From the NCBI GenBank assembly GCA_964525965.1, contig CAZGKA010000016.1, positions 1 through 48,008 on the forward strand: a DNA stretch of 48,008 bases, given 5' to 3'. This document shows, piece by piece, positions 25,826 to 35,567 of the stretch; positions within the stretch are counted from its first letter, which is position 1; every line of letters begins with the position of its first letter. This DNA is from an uncultured Nitrososphaerota archaeon. GTDB lineage: Archaea > Korarchaeota > Korarchaeia > Korarchaeales > Korarchaeaceae. A model generated the notes under the pieces. That model was not told where the DNA came from. It made no database searches and worked only from the letters and a program-made list of their open reading frames with translations. The position numbers and the translations under genes are program-made.

Positions 25826-27594
25826 GATTCCTCAAGGTGGCCGAGTACTACAGGAAGATCGAGGAGACCTCCGGAAGGCTGGAGATGATATCCCTCCTGA
25901 AGAGCCTCTTTCTGGAGCTTAAGGACTCGCCCGAGGACCTCGAAAAGATAGCTTACCTGACGATAGGGAAGTTAAGACCTGATTACGAGGGAGTGGAGCT
26001 GGGAATAGGGGAGAAGCTGGCCTTGAAGGCCATCTCCCTCTCCACGGGAATAAAGGAGTCGAGGATAAACTCGGAGTACAAGAAATTAGGAGATGTGGGG
26101 CTCTTGGCGGAATGGGCCATCAAGAACAGGGCGATAACCCCCTTCATCACGGAGGAGCTCACGATCTCCAGGGTATACAAGGACCTCCTCAAGATAGCTA
26201 AGGCCTCCGGACAGAGCTCTCAGGACATAAAGATAAGAACGTTCGCAGGTCTTCTAAGCGATGCAGAGCCTATAGAGGCGAGGTACATAGCTAGAATAGT
26301 GATGGGGAAGCTCAGGCTTGGCGTCCAAGATATGACCGTGTTGGACGCTCTGGCGGAGGCCTTCCTCGGATCCAGGAGCAAGAGACCGCTGTTGGAGCAG
26401 AAGTACAACATATACCCCGACATAGGCCACATAGCACGGGTTGTGGCCGAGGAGGGCGAAGAAGGTCTTGAAAAGATCAAGGTGAAGTTAGGAGTTCCTA
26501 TAAGGCCCATGCTGGCTCAGAGACTCAAATCAGCCAAGGAAATATTGGAGAAGGCTGGTCCGAGGATAATAGCGGAGTACAAGTACGACGGGGAGAGGAT
26601 GCAGATACATGTCCACAAGGACGGCAGGGTGGAGATATTCTCCAGAAGGCTGGAGAACATAACGAACCCATATCCGGACGTGGCGGAGGCCTTCAGCAGG
26701 TACTTCTCCGGTAGGGAGGTAATTCTTGACTCTGAGACCGTGGCCGTGAACCCGAACACCGGTGAGATACTCCCGTTCCAAGAACTAATGCACAGGAGGA
26801 GGAAGTACGGCATTGAAAAAGCGATAGAGGAGTATCCGGCGACAACTTACGTGTTTGACGTCCTGTATCTGGACGGGAAGAGCCTGATAGACGTCCCCTT
26901 GGAGGAGAGAAGGAGGATGCTTGAGGAGCTCCTTCCGAAAGACCATGACCTGATAAAGGAGGTGACCTACAGAGTAGTTGAGGACGAGGAGGCTTTGGAA
27001 CAGTTCTTCGAGGAGGCCATAGAGTACGGGACTGAGGGGGTCATGGCCAAGGATCCCAGATCTGTCTATCAGGCGGGCGTCAGAGGATGGAGCTGGATAA
27101 AACTGAAGAGGAGCTACATGAGTAAGATGGTCGAGCCGGTTGATTTGGTGGTCGTTGGAGCGTTCGCTGGAAAGGGCAAGAGGGCCGGAACCTACGGCGC
27201 TCTGCTGATGGCTGTGTATGATCCCAAGACCGACAGGTACAAGACCGTCTGCAAGATGGGAAGCGGGTTCACCGATGAGGAGCTGGCCGCGCTTCCCGAC
27301 AGGTTGAAGGAGTACAAAATACAGTTTAAGGACCCATCAGTCGAGAGCAAGCTCGAGGCAGACGTCTGGTTCCGACCAGCGGTTGTTCTCGAGGTCATAG
27401 GGGACGAGATCACGCTGAGTCCGGTGCATACATGTGCTTGGGGAGCGATAAGGAAGAACTCAGGCTTGGCCATAAGGTTCCCCAGGTTCACGGGAAGGTG
27501 GAGGGATGACAAAGGTCCTGAGGACGCCACCACGGAGGAGGAGATCATATCGATGTATAAGGCCCAGCTGACCAAGGTGACGGAGGAGAGCTGA
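25822..27594 (+). CDS. lig: ATP-dependent DNA ligase
   Basis: PMLA, EYKYDGER (adenylated Lys), FSRRLE, EGVMAK, WIKLK, RFPRF. Confidence 0.97.
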   Translation: MRFLKVAEYYRKIEETSGRLEMISLLKSLFLELKDSPEDLEKIAYLTIGKLRPDYEGVELGIGEKLALKAISLSTGIKESRINSEYKKLGDVGLLAEWAIKNRAITPFITEELTISRVYKDLLKIAKASGQSSQDIKIRTFAGLLSDAEPIEARYIARIVMGKLRLGVQDMTVLDALAEAFLGSRSKRPLLEQKYNIYPDIGHIARVVAEEGEEGLEKIKVKLGVPIRPMLAQRLKSAKEILEKAGPRIIAEYKYDGERMQIHVHKDGRVEIFSRRLENITNPYPDVAEAFSRYFSGREVILDSETVAVNPNTGEILPFQELMHRRRKYGIEKAIEEYPATTYVFDVLYLDGKSLIDVPLEERRRMLEELLPKDHDLIKEVTYRVVEDEEALEQFFEEAIEYGTEGVMAKDPRSVYQAGVRGWSWIKLKRSYMSKMVEPVDLVVVGAFAGKGKRAGTYGALLMAVYDPKTDRYKTVCKMGSGFTDEELAALPDRLKEYKIQFKDPSVESKLEADVWFRPAVVLEVIGDEITLSPVHTCAWGAIRKNSGLAIRFPRFTGRWRDDKGPEDATTEEEIISMYKAQLTKVTEES

Positions 27595-27595
27595 T

Positions 27596-28657
27596 ATGCC
27601 CTCTAATCTGAAGAAGGTCTCGCTTCAGAGGAAGATGGACGGTAAGGTTCAGTGCCTCGTGTGCCCTAGGAAGTGCGTCATACCTCCCAATTCCTATGGA
27701 TTTTGCAGAAGTAAAAAGAACGTAGACGGGATCTTATATGAGGTAAACTACGGGCTGGTAAGCTCCGTGGCTCTGGATCCAATAGAGAAGAAGCCCTTCT
27801 ATCACTTCTACCCCGGATCTTGGGCCTACAGCATAGGTACTGTGGGATGTAATCTCAGGTGTGAGCATTGCCAGAACTGGCAAATCTCTCAGACCGATCC
27901 GGAGAAGTTCCCCTACCTCTCAAAGCTCTCCCCCGAGGAAGCAGTTACCCAGGCTAAGCAGGTCGGAGCTAGGAGCATCGCCTTCACCTACAACGAACCA
28001 ACTGTGGTCAGCTTTGAGTGGGTCTTGGAAACGGCTAAGCTAGCGAAGAAGGAGGGAATAAGCCCTCTCAGTGTCACAAATGGCTACATAAGTGAGGAGG
28101 CTCTTGAGGAGCTCCTTCCCTACCTTGATGGAGCTAACGTGGACGTTAAGGCTTTCTCGGATGATTTCTACAGGAGCGTCTGCAAGGCTCCCTCAATGGA
28201 GCCGGTCAAGAGAACTGTTGAGATACTTAAGAAAAGGGGTAAGCTCGTGGAGATAACGTACCTCATAATACCGACTCTCAACGACAGTGAGGAGGAGATC
28301 AGGAGGTTCTCCAGGTGGATCCTCGATGAGCTAGGGCCCGACGTGCCCGTCCACTTCTCGAGGTATCATCCGATGTACAAGATGACGATAAGGGCCACAC
28401 CTCCCGAGACCGTCAGGAGGGCGAGGGAGCTGGCAATTAAAGAGGGACTCAAGTACGTCTATACCGGGAACTTGGTCGGAGACGACGGAGAGAACACCTT
28501 CTGTCCCAGCTGCGGCAAGATTGTAGTGAGGAGGTACGGCTTTGAGGTTCTGAAGTGTAGTTTGACTGAGGATAACCGGTGCAAGTTCTGCGGAGAGGAG
28601 ATAGGTATCATTGGGAAGTGTGAAATAGGTAGAAGATGGCCCTCCTTGATACTTTAA
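27596..28657 (+). CDS. amrS: AmmeMemoRadiSam system radical SAM enzyme
   Basis: N-terminal CxxCPRKC, DPIEKKP-x-YHF-x-PG, CNLRCEHCQN, TYNEP, C-terminal CxxC...CxxC. Confidence 0.9.
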   Translation: MPSNLKKVSLQRKMDGKVQCLVCPRKCVIPPNSYGFCRSKKNVDGILYEVNYGLVSSVALDPIEKKPFYHFYPGSWAYSIGTVGCNLRCEHCQNWQISQTDPEKFPYLSKLSPEEAVTQAKQVGARSIAFTYNEPTVVSFEWVLETAKLAKKEGISPLSVTNGYISEEALEELLPYLDGANVDVKAFSDDFYRSVCKAPSMEPVKRTVEILKKRGKLVEITYLIIPTLNDSEEEIRRFSRWILDELGPDVPVHFSRYHPMYKMTIRATPPETVRRARELAIKEGLKYVYTGNLVGDDGENTFCPSCGKIVVRRYGFEVLKCSLTEDNRCKFCGEEIGIIGKCEIGRRWPSLIL

Positions 28658-28858
28658 AAACTAATCCAGCTCTTTAACTCTCTTGAGAGGCATATTCTTA
28701 ACAAGAAACCTCTCCGGGCCTTCCTCACAAGCAAAAAGGGGTTCCCCACGATTCAGGGGCCGCTTTTAATTCAGTGAAAATCCTCACGTTAAAAAGATTG
28801 GAAGTGCTTTTTAACCCTCCTATAATTCCTTTTTAGAGGCAGGGAGAAGCCCACGGAT

Positions 28859-29350
28859 TTACATCTTATATCCAATTCTCCTCAAGAACTCCTTTCTCTC
28901 AGCTATTTCCTTCTCTCCCTCGACTCCCTGCGGGGTGCCTCCATCTATCACCCCTATAATTCCCCTCCCATCACCGATGTCAACCACGGCGATCTTGAGA
29001 GGATTGGCTGTGGCGGCGTACACACAGGTGACCTCGCTCAGGCTCTTTATCCTGTTGAGCACGTTTATGGGCCAGGCGTCTTTTATTATCACCACGAACA
29101 CATGTCCAGCCCCTATTCTCCTCGCCCTCTCTATGGCCTCCTTCTCGAGCACCTCGTCGTTTCCAGCATGTCTTATGAGCCTGGGGCCGGAGGACTCGTT
29201 GAAAGCTATTCCAAACTTTATGCAGGGGCAGGACTCCACCAAGGTCTCGTAGAGGTCTTCCACCGTCTTTATAAAGTGTGTCTGCCCGACTATTATATTC
29301 GTCCCATCAGGAGGGCTCACGTCAACTATCTCGATCCGGTAGTCCATCAC
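28859..29350 (-). CDS. Adenosine-specific kinase-like protein (DUF355)
   Basis: [17 protein letters not shown]-x-E-x-SG, GAGH, WPINVLN, ATANP, GVIDG, GYK. Confidence 0.88.
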   Translation of the reverse strand: MMDYRIEIVDVSPPDGTNIIVGQTHFIKTVEDLYETLVESCPCIKFGIAFNESSGPRLIRHAGNDEVLEKEAIERARRIGAGHVFVVIIKDAWPINVLNRIKSLSEVTCVYAATANPLKIAVVDIGDGRGIIGVIDGGTPQGVEGEKEIAERKEFLRRIGYKM

Positions 29351-29403
29351 ATCCCCTCCTAGGAAGGGGATCCGGCATTCAATAGAAAATTTTCCTGAGG
29401 TGG

Positions 29404-30531
29404 ATGAAGGTGATCTACGACCTGGCCATAATAGGGGGCGGTCCTGCAGGTGCTACAGCTGGATTTCTGGCCGCCAAGGAGGGATTCAACGTTGTCATAA
29501 TTGAGAGGGAGAAGCTGCCCAGACAGAAGCCCTGCGGAGGAGGGTTGACCTACAAAGTGGGCTCACTCCTTAAGGAGATCGGGGTGGACATAGACGAGCT
29601 TCCGATAGAGAGGACCTTCACCTCCGTCGTGGTGTGCGGCCATGGGGAGGGCATCGAGGTCAAGCTAAGTCCCTGGGTCATAAAGACCGTCAGAAGGGAC
29701 ATATTCGACATGGAGCTCGTGAGGCTGGCGAATGGCCAGGGGGCCAAGATCATGGAGGCCACGACTGCGCTGTCGGCAAGCCCATCCGGTGAGGGCATAA
29801 AGGTCGTCACCAGATCGGGAGGCGTGGTATGCCGAAAGCTCCTCATAGCTGAGGGAGCCAACGTTCTCATCTCACGAAAACTGGGGCTTAGATCCTCTTG
29901 GAGGAAGGAAGACATAGTCTTCGCCATGGAGGGTCATGCAAGAGGAAATTTCAATGAGCTCAAGTTCATAATGGACGCCGTTCCGCACGGATATGGATGG
30001 ATCTTCCCAGGAAGAGGATACGCCAGCTTTGGAGTTGGATGCATGGGATACCTCGCTCAGAAGGTGAAACCAGCCTTTCAAGAGCTTGTCAGGAAAAACA
30101 GAGCCGAACTGACCAGATGGGGAGCGGCAATACTCCCGCTCGGAGGAAAGGAGAGGCCCCTCTCCAGGGGAGATGTATACCTGCTCGGGGACTCGGCTGG
30201 CCTGATAGATCCCCTCACAGGTGAGGGCATTTATCAGGCGATGAGAAGCGCTGTGGAGGCCGTGAGGTCCATAGCTGACGGTGACCCCTATGAGGAAAGG
30301 ATGAGACCTCTGTTGGAGGACCTTGCTCTGAGGAGGAGAGCAGCCTCTCTAGTTCTTCCGAGGATGAAGTTCTTCTACAGGCTGATGGTCGGCAGCGATG
30401 AGATAGCCAGGAGGTTCGCCGAGGCATGCTCCGGCATGAGAACATTCAAGGACTTCTGGAGATGGGCCCTCAGACGGATACCAATTGGAGCGCTGAAGAT
30501 GATCCTAGGATCTCGACGAGCTCGCTCATAG
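29404..30531 (+). CDS. Geranylgeranyl reductase family FAD-dependent oxidoreductase
   Basis: [36 protein letters not shown]. Confidence 0.9.
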   Translation: MKVIYDLAIIGGGPAGATAGFLAAKEGFNVVIIEREKLPRQKPCGGGLTYKVGSLLKEIGVDIDELPIERTFTSVVVCGHGEGIEVKLSPWVIKTVRRDIFDMELVRLANGQGAKIMEATTALSASPSGEGIKVVTRSGGVVCRKLLIAEGANVLISRKLGLRSSWRKEDIVFAMEGHARGNFNELKFIMDAVPHGYGWIFPGRGYASFGVGCMGYLAQKVKPAFQELVRKNRAELTRWGAAILPLGGKERPLSRGDVYLLGDSAGLIDPLTGEGIYQAMRSAVEAVRSIADGDPYEERMRPLLEDLALRRRAASLVLPRMKFFYRLMVGSDEIARRFAEACSGMRTFKDFWRWALRRIPIGALKMILGSRRARS

Positions 30532-31471
30532 GATGAGCATGTCTGTTCACAAGCATCAGGAGCGTCGCATTCTCTGACCTGACCTTCTCAAACACTTCAC
30601 AAGCGCTTCTCACGATCTCGCCTCCCACCTTTCCAGCCACGGCCTCAGCTCCATGCCCGGCCAGCATGATCCCTCTGAACCGATCTCTTGACGGAAGCCT
30701 CAACAGAAAATCACAAAAAACGGAAGTTCTGTCCCTTCTATCCCTCCTAAACTGGCAGAAGAGCAAAAAGCGATCGTTATATCTTTTCACGAGATGTCTG
30801 ATGACGAGATCGGCGCTGTCAGGATCGTTTATCTTTGATCCATCAAAGAACCTCACGCCCTTGGACTCCCTGATGCTGAACATCCTCTCGAGGGATTTCT
30901 CCAGCAACCTAACCCTCTCCTCAGGGACATACCCCAGTAGGTACTCGGAGAGAAACTCCGTCAGGCTCAACAGCTCAGAAGCTGGGAGATCGCCCGAGGA
31001 GCGCACCACTCTGAACTCAGCTCCCATCCTCTCAGCATGTCTCCTGATTATTTCGTTCAGTCGGTCATCGTGCTCTCCGCTCAAGACCATACGAGCTCCC
31101 CTCTGGATGGACCTCCCAAAGCAATCAGCTATGTGCTCCTTTTTCTCCCCAAGAAACTCTGTGTGATCCCTCCTGACGTTTGTGATTACTACAACATCAG
31201 GTCTGACCATCCTGTTGAAGACCCTCATGGTGTGGGGCGTTATCGTCTGGTTCTCCAGTATGAGGAAGTCCACCTTCTCGGAGAGAAGCGGGAGGTTCTC
31301 AAGAATCCTCTGCCTAGGCCTCCTGTGAATTGGGATCTCAGATCCATCCCTTATGATAACAGCTTTTTCTCCAGTCACCTTAGACAAGACGCTATGTTTG
31401 ATCGATAGCACGAAGCTGAGCATTCTGACCAGCGTAGACTTGCCTCTGGTTCCTGAGACCACTATCCTCAA
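30470..31471 (-). CDS. capB: Poly-gamma-glutamate synthase CapB/PgsB-like Mur-type amide ligase
   Basis: SGTRGKS P-loop, KVTG, ITNVRRDH, INDPDS and RRDRRDR match the CapB motif series (GTRGKS, KTTG, TNV-x-x-DH, NDP-x-S, R-x-DR-x-DR). Confidence 0.78.
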   Translation of the reverse strand: MRIVVSGTRGKSTLVRMLSFVLSIKHSVLSKVTGEKAVIIRDGSEIPIHRRPRQRILENLPLLSEKVDFLILENQTITPHTMRVFNRMVRPDVVVITNVRRDHTEFLGEKKEHIADCFGRSIQRGARMVLSGEHDDRLNEIIRRHAERMGAEFRVVRSSGDLPASELLSLTEFLSEYLLGYVPEERVRLLEKSLERMFSIRESKGVRFFDGSKINDPDSADLVIRHLVKRYNDRFLLFCQFRRDRRDRTSVFCDFLLRLPSRDRFRGIMLAGHGAEAVAGKVGGEIVRSACEVFEKVRSENATLLMLVNRHAHPMSELVEILGSSSALQLVSV

Positions 31472-31908
31472 ATGGGCACCTCACAGATAGCAGCGGTCAA
31501 AGCGAACAGACCTAGACTGCTCAGTAAAGAAGCGATCGGCCTGTTGGAGGAGAAGGTCTCGTATCCCATCAAACCGGCTACCGGACTGATCATGAAAGCG
31601 ATAGGGTCTCCGGTGATCAGAGAGTAGACGAGCGTCACCATCACTGATACGAGGAGCTGGAGATGATAAACCTTCATTCCGTAGATAAGCTTGCTCCTGA
31701 ATGCAAGCTCCCCAACTCCTATCGACAGCAGGTAGGCCGCTAGGAAGAAAGGAGCAAACTCCGGTCTGAGAGCGCAGTACCCTCCTCCAATCATCGGAGA
31801 GGGGGCGAGCGTTCTCACAATTCCTGACCTGTAAGCAAGGTAGGAGACAGCTATCCCAACAAGCATGGCGGCGTACGCCGAGAACATGTTCATAAGGCTA
31901 GCGATCAT
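31468..31908 (-). CDS. capC: Poly-gamma-glutamate biosynthesis membrane protein CapC/PgsC-like
   Basis: 146-aa polytopic protein. GIAVS...GGGYCAL, LIYG and VAGLMG echo CapC G-x-x-x-S...PGY-x-AL, ILYG and PGL-x-A. TTGA-coupled to capB. Confidence 0.65.
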   Translation of the reverse strand: MIASLMNMFSAYAAMLVGIAVSYLAYRSGIVRTLAPSPMIGGGYCALRPEFAPFFLAAYLLSIGVGELAFRSKLIYGMKVYHLQLLVSVMVTLVYSLITGDPIAFMISPVAGLMGYETFSSNRPIASLLSSLGLFALTAAICEVPI

Positions 31909-32072
31909 GTCATCAGGAAAAATCTTTCTGGTACCTCCGTTCTTGGAGATAATAATTCCTAACGGGTATTTTGTGGAATTTTTATGGACAATTAGGTAAA
32001 TTTTTTTATGAGATGTCGGAACTTAACTAAAAGAAAAACGTAAAAAGAAGAAATTCTGGACCCTCTATAACT

Positions 32073-32090
32073 GAAAAGATTTTAATAATA
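32073..32090 (+). promoter_or_regulatory. Putative BRE/TATA promoter of gdhA
   Basis: GAAAAGA-TTTTAATA upstream of SD GAGGGTGA and ATG 32125. Confidence 0.55.
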
Positions 32091-32124
32091 TATCCGTCCC
32101 CTTATCTTAGCCGAGGGTGATGTT

Positions 32125-33393
32125 ATGGCAGAGAGACTCAACCCATGGGAGAATGCTCTCAAGCAGCTTGATAAGGCTGCTAAGGCAATGAACCTGGATC
32201 CCGGGTACCACCAGATTTTGGCCACTCCTAAGAGGATTCTTGAGGTCCAGCTTCCCGTCAAGATGGATGATGGGACTATTAAAGTTTTCACCGGATGGAG
32301 GGTTCAGCACAACGACGCCAGAGGTCCCTGCAAGGGAGGAATAAGGTATCACCCCAACACCGATCTCGATGAGGTCAAAGCTCTAGCCATGTGGATGACT
32401 TGGAAGACCGCCGTGGTCGACATACCCTACGGCGGAGCCAAGGGAGGAATAAGGGTCGATCCACACAAGCTCAGCAAGAACGAGCTTGAGAGACTCAGCA
32501 GGAGGTACATATACGCCATATCGCCAATAGTTGGCATAAACAAAGATATACCTGCTCCCGACGTCTACACCAACCCCCAGATAATGGCCTGGATGATGGA
32601 CACCTACAGCGCTCTTGTGGGCTACAATGAGCCCGGCATAATAACTGGCAAGCCTTTAGAGGTTGGCGGAAGCGAGGGTAGGGAGGAAGCCACCGCTAGG
32701 GGTCTCCAGTATGTCACTGAGGAGGCTGTAAAGGTCCTCGGCATAGATCCGACCAAGGCGACCGCAGCAGTCCAGGGATACGGCAACGCAGGATACTTCT
32801 CCGCCAAGTTCATGAAGGAGCTCGGTATGAAGGTGGTCGCCGTAAGCGACTCCAGGGGCGCCATCTACAACCCAGACGGCCTCGACCCTGAGGCGGTTCT
32901 CGAGCACAAGAAGAAGACTGGCTCCGTTAAAGACTTCCCTGGAGCCCAGAACCTCGATCCTGACCCGCTCAAGGCCAACCAGAAGCTCCTCGAGCTGGAT
33001 GTCGACGTGCTCATACCTGCTGCCATAGAGAACGTGATAACCAAGGAGAACGCTGACAACATAAAGGCCAAGCTCGTGGTCGAGGCCGCCAACGGACCGA
33101 CCACCCCTGAGGCCGACGATATACTGCACGAGAGGGGAATTATAGTGGTGCCCGATATACTCGCCAACGCCGGAGGAGTGACCGTCAGCTACTTCGAGTG
33201 GATACAGGCCAGGACTAGGGAGTGGTGGACCGTTGATACTGTGAGAAACAAGCTCAGGGCCATAATGTCCAAGTCCTTCAGGGACGTTTACAACATACGC
33301 AACGAGATGAACGTCGACATGAGGACGGCCGCCCTCATACTGGCCATAAAGAGGGTTATCAAGGCCATAGAGATAAGGGGCATCTGGCCTTAA
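32125..33393 (+). CDS. gdhA: Glutamate dehydrogenase (NAD(P)-dependent)
   Basis: [28 protein letters not shown]...[27 protein letters not shown]. Confidence 0.96.
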   Translation: MAERLNPWENALKQLDKAAKAMNLDPGYHQILATPKRILEVQLPVKMDDGTIKVFTGWRVQHNDARGPCKGGIRYHPNTDLDEVKALAMWMTWKTAVVDIPYGGAKGGIRVDPHKLSKNELERLSRRYIYAISPIVGINKDIPAPDVYTNPQIMAWMMDTYSALVGYNEPGIITGKPLEVGGSEGREEATARGLQYVTEEAVKVLGIDPTKATAAVQGYGNAGYFSAKFMKELGMKVVAVSDSRGAIYNPDGLDPEAVLEHKKKTGSVKDFPGAQNLDPDPLKANQKLLELDVDVLIPAAIENVITKENADNIKAKLVVEAANGPTTPEADDILHERGIIVVPDILANAGGVTVSYFEWIQARTREWWTVDTVRNKLRAIMSKSFRDVYNIRNEMNVDMRTAALILAIKRVIKAIEIRGIWP

Positions 33394-33394
33394 A

Positions 33395-33415
33395 CCCTTC
33401 ACTTTTTTAACTTTT
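33395..33415 (+). terminator. Oligo-T terminator of gdhA
   Basis: CCCTTCACTTTTTTAACTTTT after stop 33393. Confidence 0.55.
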
Positions 33416-33503
33416 ATTCTGAGGAGCCGTTGAGTTTTCACTTATGTCCTGTTTCGAGTGCTTGTAGTGAACCTTTATCACATGTAAGGCAGAAGATCTT
33501 CTC

Positions 33504-34478
33504 ATGAGCTGGGAGTTTCTGTATCTCTCTAGGAAGGATATAGAGAGTCTCGACATAAGCATGAAGGAGATTATAGATGCCGTGGAAAGGGGTCTCGTTG
33601 AGAAGGGGTATGGAAGAGCTGAGATGCCTCCCAAGCCTGGAATACACCCCCGAAAGGACTCGTTCATCCACGCCATGCCCGCTTACCTCAAGGGCCTCGA
33701 CATAGGAGGACTCAAATGGGTGGCCGGTTTTCCCTCAAACAAGTCCAAGGGTCTCCCATATATAACGGGCGTCTTCGTGCTGAACGACATGGACACGGGC
33801 CTCCCCCTGAGCATAATGGACGCCTCCTGGATAACCGCCAAGAGGACAGGTGCCATGACAGCGGTCTCAGCCAAATACCTGGCCAGGAAGGACTCCAGCA
33901 TCGTCGGAATACTGGGATGTGGGGTTCAAGGGAGGAGCAACCTGGAGGCGCTCAACGAGCTCTTCGACATAGAGCTTGTCAAGGCCTACGACGTCTATGA
34001 TGAGGCCGCGAGGAGGTACGAGGAGGAGATGGAGGGGAAGCTCGGTCTCAACGTCGAGATCGTTGGAAGCCCCAAGGAGGCCGTGGAGGGGTCAGACATA
34101 GTGGTCACAGCCGGACCGATACTCAAGAACCCAAATCCCGTGATAGAGAAGGATTGGTTCAAGGACGGAGGTTTTGCAGCTCCTCTGGACTTTGACTCCT
34201 ACTGGAAGCCCGAAGCGATGCACTCGATGGACAAGTTCGTCACCGATGACAAGGATCAGCTGATGTACTACAAGAGCATAGGCTACTTCAAGGACATACC
34301 TGAAGTCTACGCCAACGTCGACGAGATCGTCATAGGGAAGAAGAAGGGCAGGGAGAGAGATGATGAGAGGATCATGGCCATGAACCTAGGATTGGCGACG
34401 CACGACGTGGTGACGGCCGACCTCATATATAGAAAAGCCAAGGAGAAGGGGGTTGGCACCTGGCTGAGACTGATCTGA
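33504..34478 (+). CDS. Ornithine cyclodeaminase / alanine dehydrogenase (mu-crystallin) family protein
   Basis: HAMPA, GLKWV, TG-x-P, ITAKRTGA, GCGVQG, GLA-x-x-D. Confidence 0.9.
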   Translation: MSWEFLYLSRKDIESLDISMKEIIDAVERGLVEKGYGRAEMPPKPGIHPRKDSFIHAMPAYLKGLDIGGLKWVAGFPSNKSKGLPYITGVFVLNDMDTGLPLSIMDASWITAKRTGAMTAVSAKYLARKDSSIVGILGCGVQGRSNLEALNELFDIELVKAYDVYDEAARRYEEEMEGKLGLNVEIVGSPKEAVEGSDIVVTAGPILKNPNPVIEKDWFKDGGFAAPLDFDSYWKPEAMHSMDKFVTDDKDQLMYYKSIGYFKDIPEVYANVDEIVIGKKKGRERDDERIMAMNLGLATHDVVTADLIYRKAKEKGVGTWLRLI

Positions 34479-35521
34479 AGGAAATCCTCGGAGATCTAAA
34501 GTTTCTCTGGGCAGATAGCTTAGGGGCCAAATCTTTTTCTTTCATCATCGGAGATGTGGTTGTGGACCCAGGAGCTTCGGCCATGCAACCCAACTATCCT
34601 CTTTCAGATGATGAAAAGATGAAGTTAAGGAGCAGGGCCATCGGGAAGATAGTGGAAGCGGTATCCCGTTCCAAGGCGGTGATAGTGACCCACTACCACT
34701 TCGATCACTATCTCACGGAGGACAAGGCGGATCTGTCTGTCTACTTGGGGAAGAGGTTGATACTCAAGGACCCCAATAGGTACATAAACGAGAGCCAGCG
34801 AAAGAGGGCAGATCAGCTCCTCACATCGATAGCAAGATCCGCTGGAGTCGAGCCGAAGTTTCAAGATCCGTCGGAGGACGAGTTTCCAGACCCAGTCTCC
34901 GAGCTGGTTGAGGCAACCTCCAGAAATTTTGGAGACTACTCTGAAAGGAGGAAGGAGCTTCTATTGAAGGGGAAAAGGTGGTTCAGCGCTCTATCTAAGA
35001 AGTGGTCCTCTTGGCCGTGGTTTTCGGAGCTTCACTCGAAAGGTCTGAGCATCGAGTGGGGAGATCGTCGGAAGTTCGAGCTTGGAGATGTGACGGTGAA
35101 CGTCTATCCCCCGTGGTTCCACGGAGTGGAGTACGACAGGACTGGGTGGGTCATCCCGCTTGAGATCTCCTACAGAGGCAGGAAGATCTTCTACACGAGC
35201 GATCTGATGGGTCCAATGATAGAGGACTACGCAACGAAGATATGCGATCTGAGACCCGACATCCTCATAGCGGATGGGCCTCCCACATACCTGTTCCCCT
35301 TCATGCTGAACAAGATCAACCTGAGGAGGGCTGTGGACAACATGGTCCAGATACTCAGGGAAGCGTCGCCGGAGGTTGTGGTGTACGACCACCATCTCCT
35401 CAGGGAGAAGAGGTGGCGACTCAGGGTTTCCGAGGTCTTTAAAACCGCTGAACGAGAAGGAGTGATTTTAGTTACGGTGGCCGAGGCCGTGGGAAGCAAA
35501 CCCCTGATAGACAGCCTCTGA
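34475..35521 (+). CDS. Metallo-beta-lactamase-fold hydrolase (UPF0282-like)
   Basis: WADSLGAKS (upstream of the track start 34556), DPG, THYHFDH, FHG, SD-x-x-GP, DGPPTY, DHHLLR. Start set at CTG 34475 (see findings). Confidence 0.85.
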   Translation: MKEILGDLKFLWADSLGAKSFSFIIGDVVVDPGASAMQPNYPLSDDEKMKLRSRAIGKIVEAVSRSKAVIVTHYHFDHYLTEDKADLSVYLGKRLILKDPNRYINESQRKRADQLLTSIARSAGVEPKFQDPSEDEFPDPVSELVEATSRNFGDYSERRKELLLKGKRWFSALSKKWSSWPWFSELHSKGLSIEWGDRRKFELGDVTVNVYPPWFHGVEYDRTGWVIPLEISYRGRKIFYTSDLMGPMIEDYATKICDLRPDILIADGPPTYLFPFMLNKINLRRAVDNMVQILREASPEVVVYDHHLLREKRWRLRVSEVFKTAEREGVILVTVAEAVGSKPLIDSL

Positions 35522-35567
35522 CAACCGGTCCGGGTACCTTTAAATCCATCGCAGGGATGAATCACTT

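Noticed and set aside
32656-33441. 261-aa antisense ORF opposite gdhA
   Set aside because: Shadow ORF from the biased codon usage of a highly expressed gene; no recognisable motifs.
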